From Trichoplax adhaerens (Eukaryota > Animalia > Placozoa), in NCBI RefSeq assembly GCF_000150275.1, contig NW_002060943.1, forward strand, positions 12,657,694-12,721,693: DNA of 64,000 bases, in the 5' to 3' direction. How positions within the stretch are numbered: the stretch's first letter is position 1; each line of letters starts with the position of its first letter. A program made the position numbers and the translations under genes. A model generated the notes under the pieces. That model saw nothing but the letters and a program-made list of their open reading frames with translations. It was not told the DNA's origin and searched no databases. This document shows positions 27,301 to 40,131 of the stretch, piece after piece.

Positions 27301-30300
27301 TATCGATCGCTACTAACAATGTCCAGACATCGGATTCGGATAGCTTACTATCGACAATATTAGATTCAAGTATAATATCGCAAGCTCTATCGTTTCAATC
27401 ATCGGATATAACAGAGACGTCACAAGCTATTAGCAGTTTATTATCAAGTCTAGGTATAAATTCTGTTCAGAATTCTATAAGCTCTACAGAAAAGTATTTA
27501 TCAGACGAAGTATTTTCTACTCCAATAAATAATATAGTTTCGGATGTATCTGATACTTTTGAAACTAACTTATTATCCGACTACGAAAGTACGACAGCTG
27601 ATCGCTTATCCTATTCAAGTCGTCTAGAGACTCGTGGCTATCTATCTACAAGCGCTTTTGACGATGATATATCTTTTACTACAAATGATATCAAAACACT
27701 GGACTCCAATAACTTACTATCGACAATAACAGATTCAAGTACAGTATCGCAATTTATACCATTGCAATCAACAGATATAGCTGAAACGTTACAAGCTACA
27801 GACAGTATATTATCAAGCTTAGAGAAAGCGTCTGTTGAGAACTCTATAATATCTACAGAAACATATCTGACGGACGAGCTAGCTTCTACTCTAATATATG
27901 ATATAGATTCGGATATATCTGATACTTCTGGAATAAATCTGTTATCTGATTACAAAAGTACAATAGCCGATTCGCTATTCTATCGTACTACATTAGTAAC
28001 TCTAGATGTTCTATCAAGTAGCTCTATTAAGGATGATTTATCGATCGCTACTAACAATGTCCAGACATCGGATTCGGATAGCTTACTATCGACAATAATA
28101 GATTCAAGTATAATATCGCAAGCTCTATCGTTTCAATCATCGGATATAACAGAGACGTCACAAGCTATTAGCAGTTTATTATCAAGTCTAGGTATAACCT
28201 CTGTTCAGAATTCTATAAGCTCTACAGAAAAGTATTTATCAGACGAAGTATTTTCTACTCCAATAAATAATATAGTTTCGGATGTATCTGATACTTTTGA
28301 AACTAACTTATTATCCGACTACGAAAGTACGACAGCTGATCGCTTATCCTATTCAAGTCGTCTAGAGACTCGCGGCTATCTATCTACAAGCGCTTTTGAC
28401 GATGATATATCTTTTACTACAAATGATATCAAAACACTGGACTCCAATAACTTACTATCGACAATAACAGATTCAAGTACAGTATCGCAATTTATACCAT
28501 TGCAATCAACAGATATAGCTGAAACGTTACAAGCTACAGACAGTATATTATCAAGCTTAGAGAAAGCGTCTGTTGAGAACTCTATAATATCTACAGAAAC
28601 ATATCTGACGGACGAGCTAGCTTCTACTCTAATATATGATACAGATTCGGATATATCTGATACTTCTGGAATAAATCTGTTATCTGATTACAAAAGTACA
28701 ATAGCCGATTCGCTATTCTATCGTACTACATTAGTAACTCTAGATGTTCTATCAAGTAGCTCTATTAAGGATGATTTATCGATCGCTACTAACAATGTCC
28801 AGACATCGGATTCGGATAGCTTACTATCGACAATAATAGATTCAAGTATAATATCGCAAGCTCTATCGTTTCAATCATCGGACATAACAGAGACGTCACA
28901 AGCTATTAGCAGCTTATTATCAAGTCTAGGTATAACCTCTGTTCAGAATTCTATAAGCTCTACAGAAAAGTATTTATCAGACGAAGTATTTTCTACTCCA
29001 ATAAACATAGTTTCGGATGTGTCAGATCCTTCTGCAATAAACCTGTCATCTAGTTATAAAAGTACAACAGCTGATCAGTTATTTCAGTTAACCACATTAA
29101 CAGCTCTGGATTTTCTGTCAAGCAGCACTTTTAATAACGAATTATCGACAATCATCAATGATATCCAGATATCTTATTCAGACAGTCCATTATCGAGGAT
29201 AATTGATTCAAGTACAATACCACTACTTTTAAATACTCAATCATTAGATACAATAGAAACATCGCAAGCAACGGTCCGTTCTTCATATATCGAATCAAAA
29301 TCGGCTGATGAGTCTTCCATCCAGCCTACTCATGTCTATCTATCACAAAAAACTCTATTCACTCAAGTTACTTATACATTATCACCAGTTTTGGATACCT
29401 TGATTGCTACATCAGATTCGTCTGATTTTAATTCAGGAGAAGCCTTTGTATCTTATTACCATTCCGAATCGTTTGATTTACTTGATTCTTCTATAATAGG
29501 GAAGTCTAGTCCTCAATTGCTAACCACTATTGGTAGCCAATTATCTGTTGATGATACCCAAATATCTCAATCTGATAATTCTCTATATACCGAAAATAAA
29601 TTAACCAGCAAGTTGCAGATATTGTCCATACAGTCTTCGGTAACAACTGAATCCTCAGCTACGACAAAATTTACAACAAATGTACCATTACAAACGATCT
29701 CTACCGAATTTGTTAGCAATTTGCCTCGTAGGACAACTTCTAGCGTAGAGGAATATTCTAGCAGCGAATCTTTCGGACCGGAAGAAAATTTGAAGAGTCT
29801 ATCCACATTTTTGCAAGGAGTAATTTCTACTTCTATCTTACCAACGTCAAGCTTATCGCCAGAATCCATTAGAGAATTCACAGAATTAACGTCTACTAGT
29901 AAATTCTCGCAGTATTTATTATCAACTTCTACAGTGTTAGAAAGCCATGAAGGTACAGGTGCTATTGCAAGCCCATCTCATTCATCTACGCCATTCCTGT
30001 CATCTTTCCAAGCAGCAACGAGCTTAATTTCTGATTTGCAAGTGCAACTATCAACTCTTACAACAAATCCAGAAAGTACTCCTTTTATCTTTACTCCAAC
30101 ACATCAATTCGAGCTGACTATCGGTACTTCTTCAGTTTATTTGCAATCAGGATCGATCTCAGACGTGTCCTACGAATCTTTAGCATTGGTACCTAGTTTA
30201 GCTAGTACTAGTGGCAAACCATTTTTGGAACTTACTGAGACTCTACCAACGATATCCAGCCTTCAAGTCATTTCATCAAGCGATGCTGGCACATCAATAT

Positions 30301-33300
30301 CCCTTAATTCAGTCGTGCGTTCTGAACAAACTGTACAAGAAACTGTGTTCTATTCAAATATCTTTACCAGCTTAACATTACCGTCTAAAGGTGATATATT
30401 AAGTCAAACTTCTTCAGGATCTGAAATATCAACTAATGAAGTTTCCCCTTCCACAAGTAGTCTGGGTCTAACTTTTAGCTTATTCTCAAGTGACACCTTA
30501 ACAGCTGGAACATTTCATACTATCTCTTCATCCTTTGCACCATCGATCCAATCATCAGCACCGCTATCGCAATCTTCGAAGCAAACGGATAGTGAAACTG
30601 TTACAAATATTGAATCGAGCATTAATTCTATTACCAAAAGTAACATCCAAGATTCGATATTCAGTCAAACTCATGCTGAATACTCCACTATGATTAGCAG
30701 TTTCATGGCGATATCTTCCTCAGGACTGAGCTTGACTATTAGCTTTTCATCTTCATCCTATCACGAAAATTTAGATACCCTATCAACATTTGCATCGTTC
30801 AATCCTAGTCGTTCCTATTCCTTGTTCAGTGATGGTCAGAGCCTTGAATCTTCCTTTTCCTTTAGCTCATCTCTATTATCTTATATTAACACTGAAAAGA
30901 GTCTTTCAACGGGGCTACCGATAACCGAATCGATCAGTCTGTACTCTGCTAACTCTCAATCCATCAAATTGTCGGCAACGGCCATCTCTCAAGCTGGTAT
31001 AGAGAGTAGTAGTGAACAAATAAACAATCTATATTCTACAAGTTTGCAATTCTTCACATCACCTACGGCGGCAGTTTCCCAAGCGAAGAAAGAAAGCAGT
31101 GGTAAACTGTTTACTATTCCCACTACGATATCAACTCTGATAGAAACGAAACCAACAACTGAACTATCTACTACCATACTTTCAGCACTAGAATCCGACT
31201 CGTCGCTCGTTCCATCCAGTCTTTCAGGTTTTGCCTCTACGAAATTGCAACAGGAAGAGTCCTCATATGTAACCGTAATGCAAATCAGCTCGGACGTTAA
31301 CACCTGGTCAAGTTCAATCAATATTATTGCGACTTCTAGTGCATTTTCTGATAATTTAGATGGCATAACAACTATTTTATCTCAAGCTACAATATTATCA
31401 TCTAAAATATCTTATAATGTTGCATTGAGTAGCCGGGTAGCTACAATTACTTCCATACCATCAAAAATAGAAACATCTGCATTTATTACAAGTGAGAGTA
31501 CTCTAATACAAAATGGTATTAGCCAAAGCTTTTCTGTTCTATCATCCGACGCTTCCGTTTCTGCACATAGTTCCTCCATCTCGTCAGCGATTATCGAAAG
31601 TACGCAATCTATAGAGTCTAATATTGGGCCAACAGTATCCACCAGCAGCATTTTACCCACATCGCCTCCAGCAACAACATCTGGAGCGATCAGTAATCCT
31701 ACAACTACAACTACAGATCCATGCCAAAATCAGCCATGTGGTCCTTTAGCTATATGTCTCAAACGAGATCCTACACAAAATAATACTCTACCTTACTACT
31801 GCCAATGTCGCATTGGTTATTATCCATCAAATTTAAATGTAATTTTGTCATTTGGAGACAATTGCATAGGCAAGTAATGTATCATAACTTCATTTCAGCA
31901 AGTTTAAAGACCTGGGTATTAACTAGGAGGAAATACAGAGATTAGATGCGATAATCGACTTATAGTATTGTAGTAAATGTTAGATCAATGTCTCTTTATA
32001 CTGTATCAGCATAGAAAACAATTTGATAGTGTTACGGAGCTAATAGCTCCTACAAACAAATAAGCACTTCGCATTTATTTAGCTTTATTGATTACTAATG
32101 TAGCTTACCTCACAAGCGGCCAAACAGCAAGCAATTAATAGTGGATTGATTAGTATATTGTAAAATAAAGTGCTATTATAATGTAGTATGAGAATACTAT
32201 AGCTCACTATACAACTTAGGTGTTACTTGCATATGAATTGACAGAGCAATCTAATATCTAATCATACATATTAATGGTTAGTATCGTATAAGTATGTTTA
32301 CTAAATGTTACTTCGTGGATAATTAGTAAGCTATTTAATTGCAGACATGATCGCTAAATACTCTTTTAGAACAAAATATAAATTGTGGTACTCCTTAAAA
32401 TTATAAATATGCCAAAGACAGTAATACTATATCAGATAAGATGAATAATTTGATATGATTGCGGTTCTGTTTCAGTCGGATTATTTTTCTATGGTTATAT
32501 CTCTTTAAATTTACCCTTCAATATTGAATTTAATAACCCGAATAACGGCCTCGGCAGAGCCATTAGGCAACAAAGTAGAGCTCAGGTATATTATATGTAA
32601 AGATGGTTGATTTTTCCTCTGAATAATTTATAAACTATTCAATATTAAAATTCGAAGGTGACTAGCATCATTAGGAACTCCAAAAATATTGGGCGGGATT
32701 TTGTCCATGTTATTATTATTGGTTTAAGGTACTCATATTTAAAGTAAAATATTGCAAGGGTGATCAATAATTTACTTTCTCTGACAATTTATCGATATGT
32801 TATCTTGTGTAACAGGCCTGGCAGTACGATTGTAGATTTTTATATTGTGTATAAAAATAATGCAACAGCAACCAGTGAGAATATCCAACTAAATCTTCAA
32901 GAAGGAATGCAATCCATAGATGGATACAATATTACAAGGACCAATGTAACAAGTAAATGGATTGTAACTAGAATTTAGCATAATCATAAATGTTCCATAT
33001 TAAACAATTATAAATGCTAGCTAATGTGGCTAATTGAGAAAGGCGGGTTATAAAAGCGCTAAAATTTTATTGCTTTGTGATATTAGGTACTAAATTTATT
33101 TCTTTATTTTTATTTATAGTTGCTGATGTTTGCCAGGCTGAAAATGATCCCTGTTCTGGCCTACAGCAAGTTTGCCTTGAAAATAAAAATCGATTCATTT
33201 GTGAGAGCTGTCCTACTGGCTATCAATTTAATGCTACAATCAAAAATTGTTTAGGTGTCGAGAGCTACTTAATACAATTAGACCATATTAAAAGCCGATA

Positions 33301-35173
33301 TTGAAAAGCATTTTCGTCCTGTATATCATATTAAATTTAATATTTTGTTTTGGTGTACTGAAAAATATCGATTAAATTTTTTCATTTAGTCTTGTCATTC
33401 TAAAATTGTACTAATAGACGCATTTCTTTCACCGTCTGTAATAACAATTAATTATTAGACATTGATGAGTGCATATTCGACTCTAACCCTTGCAATGTAA
33501 GCGAAGAATGCATTAATACTGATGGCAGCTATTTATGTATTCCAAGATCCAAACCAACAACAAATATAAATAGCACAGGTTAGTTTAAATCAAGAATACT
33601 AACAGCAGTCAATTAGAAATTAAGTTCTGTAAATATTATCATGTTTCGCGATATTTACTGGCTTAAGTCCCGAAGGCTTTATGCGATTACATGTAATGTA
33701 TGTAAAGCATGTATTGCTCTATAGCCATTTAGTAATCTCTCTACTTGCCAATTTTAAAATTTAGTTCTTTGCTCGGATTATTGTCAGCATGGCGGCAATT
33801 GCAATGTTGATTTGCAGACAAATGAAGTACTTTGCAGGTATGCTAAGAATTTTGATCTCCATAACTTCTATTCATAACTTGCTAGCATTCGATCAAACTA
33901 CATTTATCAATATCTACTTATATTCTATCACTATGCTAAAAAAGTTTTCTTTTGAATTTTGATAATGAATAAGGTTAATGATACTGTTATACCGATATTT
34001 CATAATTTCTATAGAGTTTTTAAAAATTATCTGCTTTAAAATATCCTTTTTTAGTCCGGTGATTTGAGAGAAATCAGCATCTAATTCAACCACCATAGAT
34101 TGCATATCCTCTCATAGTACTATTTTGTGCAGTTTTTAGCTTCTAGTCAATAAGTGATGTGAATTTTATTTTAAATTTATCTATGGTTTCCGATACTTCT
34201 TTAGCAATAATCTGGATAATTCAACATTTTATTTAGTCAGGAGCATCTTTAGAATGAGAGTCCAAAGATAATTAATTAACTCTTATATGATACACATACC
34301 ATATATGCTTTATTTGTATTCTGATCAAGTGTAGATTCAGAATTACATTAGTAATAACATTGATACCTTTATTTTATCAGTTGTACCTCGCTCTATACTG
34401 GAGATAAGTGCGAAAGACTAAGTGGTAAGATACAAAAGATTTGATTTAATAAATATTTCAACAAATTAAATAAAACTGTTTAACAAAATTAAGATAGATA
34501 ATGGGTGCAAACTGTAATAATATATCAACCATTAAAATTTCTGGTTCGATAGCACTTGGTATTGCTCTAACGTCTACAGGAGGAGGAATAGTAGCTATTG
34601 TTCTTCTAATAGCTTGTGTAATGTTATACTATCGACATCGAAGGTATCGTATTAATTCCTAATTATATATAGCATATTGCAAATTCTCTTCAATTTTTAT
34701 AACCTTAACCCCCAATTTCGACACGTTATTATTTTGAATAGCTGATAAATAGTTTATTTTACCTCTGCAGCTAGTGACAGTTATCCTTCATATATCAAAT
34801 TTTGTCTATTTTTTAAGATTAATATAGGTTACTGTTCTCATCTCTTGAACTTCAATAAATGTAGTATTATTTCAATCAGCATTTTCTGTTTTCTCCCAAT
34901 ATTTTAATAAGTTTGATAAATTAGAAATATCGGTATGTTGCTACATTATTTCGATTTTTACCCGTTTAATTTCCAAAAGAAGTTGCCGATTTCCTATTTT
35001 CTTTGATCATTTGTTATTAATTACCTTTCATTTACTCTAAATTAATTCGCAGGAAAAAAGTCTATTTATCACATTTATTTGATGATGTGGAGAAAAGAAA
35101 TGAAGTATATGTACAGACTAATACTGCTTACGTAGATGAAGACGGCAACAGTATTCATGAAGCATTATTTTAA
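24384..35173 (+). CDS. Large transmembrane mucin: signal, ~2400-aa Ser/Thr-rich region, EGF, SEA, EGF, truncated cbEGF, EGF, TM, short tail (MUC13/HEG1-like architecture), ~2795 aa
   Basis: Exons 24384(or 24408)-31869, 32476-32585, 32658-32728, 32816-32952, 33120-33254, 33459-33578, 33765-33837, 34381-34424, 34553-34643 and 35053-35173 join in frame (8388 nt). SEA motifs are FYGYISLNLPFNIEFNNP..LRPGSTIVDF. EGF motifs are DIDEC..CINTDGSYLC and CQHGGNC..CSCTSLYTGDKCE. The TM is IVAIVLLIACVMLYY, followed by RHRRKK. Confidence 0.88.
26600..29020 (+). repeat. Coding higher-order tandem repeat: ~3.3 near-identical 738-bp (246-aa) units, each a dimer of diverged 369-bp (123-aa) monomers
   Basis: GATTCAAGTATAATATCGC recurs at 26625, 27363, 28101 and 28839 (spacing 738). 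The variant GATTCAAGTACAGTATCGC occurs at 26994 (+369). Degenerate monomers flank the array on both sides. Confidence 0.95.
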
Positions 35174-36390
35174 GGTTAAATTTTTCAGTAGATTTAATTA
35201 ATATTTTCTGATGGATGTAGTAGGATGATATAAATATTACAGAAAATCTTGCATTGGTGTAATGCAAGCACATGATTTAGCTGTTTCTTAAAATATTTTA
35301 CTAAAATATATTCATTTTTCTTCCTGTATTCCTTTAGTATAAAATATTTCAGGCGTAATGCAATTATATAAGACATAGTAAGGAGAGTTGAATTTCTAGT
35401 CCCAAATCAGGGACGCATCTGAAAAAGGCGATGATAATAGCAACTAGAACGGACCTATCTACTTATTAACTTTCAATAAGACTTTAGTATTTTCGAGTAA
35501 ACTTAAATCAGATTTAAAGTCCGTAAATTCCTGCTATGGTATGCAATTTAACGAAAGAACAAATATGAGAATAAAATTACTGCTTCAAAATGGCCCAAAT
35601 TTTCAAAGTAGCAAACTTTATTTTGGACTTACTGGCTTTATCCGGATTTTTCTGTTTAATTTGGAAATATACGGTAAAAGAAAGCTTGTTTATAAATCTC
35701 AAGATATAATAGTCTTTATGGACAAGGGAAATAATGCATTTCGAACTTCACTTGGTCGTTTCTGTCGATACCTGCAAAATCATTCAAATGAGATTTAAAT
35801 AATCTGTGATATAAATGTTGGGAAGAAGCACAAAATTAGTCCCTATTGCTGTCCAGGTCCAGAAATTAAAAACTTATAAAAAAAAATTACAATTTTTCAA
35901 GATGATCAATGCTAGTGTACCACAAGCAACATTAACCCTATTTGTGGGAGAAAAATTTAATTTTTTATATGTAAATGGGTTAGAAATGACGTGCGGTAAA
36001 GTTTCTATTCTTCTAATATTATAAACAAAGTACTCAAAGTAATCAGCTTTCAAAATAGATCTTGTTTAAGTTATTCGTATACGTATACGTGGATTTTAAA
36101 ACTATAAATTGATAAATTATCCAAACACCCCGATTAAGTTACTGTAAATCAAATTATTATTGACTTGTACGTATCTTGCAAAGGTTGCAACGGAAAAAAT
36201 TAAGGTTAAAAAATTTGATTCAGCATCCTTTAATATTTTACGTTTTTAATATTTTTAGTTAATTATTAAATTAAATTAAAAGATTTTTAAAATGATTTTA
36301 ACCATATAAACTAGTTTATGTGTTTTTGTAATAATCTTGTTAACGGTACGGGTAAATGCAATTATGAAATCGTAGAAATTTGCGCATGTA

Positions 36391-36849
36391 NNNNNNNNNN
36401 NNNNNNNNNNNNNNNNNNNNNNNNNNNNNNNNNNNNNNNNNNNNNNNNNNNNNNNNNNNNNNNNNNNNNNNNNNNNNNNNNNNNNNNNNNNNNNNNNNNN
36501 NNNNNNNNNNNNNNNNNNNNNNNNNNNNNNNNNNNNNNNNNNNNNNNNNNNNNNNNNNNNNNNNNNNNNNNNNNNNNNNNNNNNNNNNNNNNNNNNNNNN
36601 NNNNNNNNNNNNNNNNNNNNNNNNNNNNNNNNNNNNNNNNNNNNNNNNNNNNNNNNNNNNNNNNNNNNNNNNNNNNNNNNNNNNNNNNNNNNNNNNNNNN
36701 NNNNNNNNNNNNNNNNNNNNNNNNNNNNNNNNNNNNNNNNNNNNNNNNNNNNNNNNNNNNNNNNNNNNNNNNNNNNNNNNNNNNNNNNNNNNNNNNNNNN
36801 NNNNNNNNNNNNNNNNNNNNNNNNNNNNNNNNNNNNNNNNNNNNNNNNN
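36391..36849. other. Assembly gap (459 N)
   Basis: Run of N. Confidence 1.
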
Positions 36850-38249
36850 TATCAACTGGTCTTGAAAATCTATTTGCTCTTGCTCTATTTATGAAAATTC
36901 TGAGATATTCAAATATTATATCATGTATTACAATTACTAATTAATAAATTAGGCTATTTTGAATGCTACTTATCTAAAAGAATTCATCTATAGCTCATTT
37001 TAGATGAAAAAGATAATCCTTGGTTTGACTTTTTACATATAAAATTTCTGTCTATAACTATATAACTGTGCTATATCTTAATTATACCTTCATACGAAAA
37101 TCAATTATTTTTTATTCTGATTTATAGCAGCATAGATTATAAATACAATATCTATCTTTGTTGCGAGTTAGGGCTAATTCTGGCACTATGATACCAGTTT
37201 ATAATATAATTTTGAAGTTGTTATTAGTATAATCTCTAATTTGTTAGATAAAAATCAACCAGTATATAAATATTATTAATTATCAAGAACATTTTTACTA
37301 CCATACTGAATTCAGTAGTCAATATGCTCAATTCTCTAAATTACTATATTTTGGTTACGTACGCAGATTGTTAGAGCTGGGTTATTAAATAAGTTATCAA
37401 GATAATGCAATTTTGTAGCTCTCCTGTTGACGAATGGTAATCCTAATTCCGTTGCTGTATTGTTTAAGTTAAAGAATTCCTAACTGATTTTATCACTTGC
37501 AGCATTACCAAAGAATACATAATTACTGATGGCTACTATTTATTTAGACGGGATTCTTCTACAGTTACCAAACATGCTTTCAAATATTTCTGTACTTATG
37601 CTAATAATAAAATTTTAAAGATTTCCAGACTTTTAGTTAAACATTACTTAGAAATTTAGATACAAAGACTAATCTAGTAAGATATTTTTAACTTGAACTC
37701 CAAATTTACAATTTTATAAGATGATGACCTGCTTGATATGTTATATCATATTTATATTAGTTATAGCAATAATTATATCATGTATTTCAAAATGATTATT
37801 TGATATATCAGTTTACTTCAAAGTCAAATCAGCTAAAGAAATCAGTAATTACTCATGTTAGAGAGATAAAATCGTAATCCTTAACTTAAGTGACATAAGA
37901 TTCTTGGATGCAACTATATTAAAAATGCGTTCACATTAATTAAATAATTTCTGTCATAGTAATGGGTATTTAATCTATAGACGTACGCATATAACTTTTT
38001 CTCGTGCATTATCGACTCAACTATACAGGGAAACGACCTTTAATATAAAGTTCTTAATGCTTGATCTATAAAAAAATTTTAACCACTCTTTTAATTGCAT
38101 TTTCATGATAATACTATTTATCTTGTAGTTTTCTTTAACATTTATCATTCAAATTTTCTGATAGCGTTATATGAATCATTTTGAAGTAACTTAGGTCTAA
38201 GTCACAAGGTTGTCTGACTCCGTATGTTATCATCGTAGCTTTAGCTTTC

Positions 38250-38558
38250 ATACTGAAACCTATAGAAAGTCGGCCATACAAATCTATATAAGTTTTATGA
38301 TCATTTACCTACGCTGTGAACCGAGTACCATGGAGAGATGATAGTATATAAAGCCCGGGGCTGTCATTAGCTGATCAGTGGATGATTAGCTGTGTAGTAT
38401 ATATATAAATGTTGATGAAGTAGTCTTGGATGTCAAGCCAGCTAAACTTAATAAAATTCTATTAAACCTAAACCTATTCTAATCCTAGTCTGTTGCAGCT
38501 TCATTTTTTAAGGAGTTCCAGTGATCTCAGGTATCCCCATCACAGGCTTCTTGCAACA
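38250..38558 (+). mobile_element. Diverged older relative of LTR family A (partial)
   Basis: Collinear motifs shared with 39360-39680: catactgaa, agtcggc.atac, gctgtg.accgagt, gtatataaagcccgg, cattagctg, agtagtcttggatgtcaag, aataaa. It ends ...gcaaca; the 5' boundary was not resolved. Confidence 0.65.
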
Positions 38559-39012
38559 AACACCTATCGAATCAAATTTGAACGGAATTTTAAACAAAAC
38601 ATAGCTTTGATGTGTCTAACTGTTCATGAGGAAGGTTGCCGTCGACTTTAGAATTGCTTAAGTCTTGATATTTTGAATTTATTTCCTGAAAACCTCTAAA
38701 CTTTACAGTCATTTAGCAGATATGCTACCGTATTGTTTATGCTTGCAAGCTTTGCGCAGTGTAAGTATGATTATCATATAATTCAAAGCAACCGTGATAG
38801 GTATTATAAAGTAAATTGTGAGATTGTAATACATGAAGTATCGATGCTATAATTGTTTCCATATTGGATTAATGATGGTACGCTGTAAAATGGTGTTACT
38901 TAGAATTATTTGATTACGTGCAAAATAAGATAAAATGTTGCTATGCTGATTGTAGCTGTGAAGGCTATGGAGAGTATCAAACAAACGACATTACATTATC
39001 TGATTGGCCTTT

Positions 39013-40131
39013 TGTCATGGTAGTGAATCTACGGTGATGAATGATAACTTACTTAATTTAGACACGTATATGTATTTGTGACGGAGTACAGACTCCGTCT
39101 ATTAATTTTAGCGTTAGTTTTAGTAATTAGTAATTAAGATTTTATAAATTATTAATAACCTTTATTTATTAGGTATTCGATAATTGTAACGTTATTAGTA
39201 GTCTAGCTATACTTGTAGTAGACTCTGCAGGATAGTGTATTTACAGAAGTGACAACTAATGTTCACACAATAGTAATTTCTGTTACTTTGTGCCGAGCCT
39301 TTGATTGTTAATTGGCTCTTAATTAGTTCGTAACTCATTAGTGTTGTTTACGCCGTCTGCCATACTGAACCATATAGACAGTCGGCTATACGAAAGCTAT
39401 ATATTTTTAGGGTTATTTATCCAAGCTGTGCACCGAGTGCAACCGAGCTAGGGTATGTAAAGCCCGGTGCTCTCATTAGCTGTTGAGTTGACGATTGACT
39501 GTGTAGTGTACGCGTGTAGTTAGAGTAGTCTTGGATGTCAAGACTACCTTGGTTTAATAAACTATTTTAAGAGCCTAAGTCTAGTCTACACTTAGCCCGT
39601 TGAGGGCATATTTGGCTGTTGTAGCCTTAGTATTCGTACGGATTCAAAGACCCAGGTTTCCTTGTCGTGGGCTGAACACGACAGTATCACCTTAAGATAG
39701 TTATTAATTTGGATATGTGCATGAATTATTTTATGACTTAATATAGCAGATACAAACCTGTTTCTAATACAGGTTAAATTATACTAAATATGGTATGTGA
39801 ATTGTCAATGGTAAATTTAATATAAATCCTGTTAATTATAAGCTAGGGCAAACATAAGGTTAATCTATAGTAATATTATAAATTCATTGGATTAAACTAG
39901 GAATAATTTAATGTATTCACGAAGTCTTATTGGTTGAAATATATCACATATCGGAAACCGGTTGTATGGCTAGAAAAGCTATTTAAATGATTGGCTTTAA
40001 ATATTATATTAGACTTGCATTTTCTAGAATAAAGATATAGTTAGAAGATTCTAAAAGTGCATTTCTCAGTCATTGTTACTTATCTAGGGTAATCTAATTA
40101 GTTTAGATTAGGCAAGTTTAGTTAAGTAACA
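39013..40131 (+). mobile_element. Solo LTR-like element, family B copy 1, TSD CCTTT (carries a nested family-A insertion)
   Basis: TGTCATGG...AGTAACA with CCTTT at 39008-39012 and 40132-40136. After removing the A insertion it is near-identical to 45242-45749. Confidence 0.88.
39077..39683 (+). mobile_element. Solo LTR-like element, family A copy 2 (607 bp), TSD GTATT/GTATC
   Basis: TGTGACG...CACGACA, the reverse complement of 14121-14727. The empty site, a single GTATC, is visible at 45301-45305. Confidence 0.88.

Noticed and set aside
26600-29020. Regular repeats considered as a CRISPR-like array or transposon
   Set aside because: The units are 369/738 bp, in frame and coding, with no unique spacers or cas genes; the context is eukaryotic.
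25037-31660. Minus-strand ORFs of 82-151 aa within the mucin exon
   Set aside because: Antisense by-products of Ser/Thr-biased codons in a long sense ORF.
35500-36390. ORFs 35541-35798 and 35815-36024 and a possible DNA-transposon end before the gap
   Set aside because: No recognisable protein motif, TIR partner or TSD, and the gap hides the other side.
36318-36944. Three ORFs of 161-208 aa
   Set aside because: Artefacts of translating the N gap.
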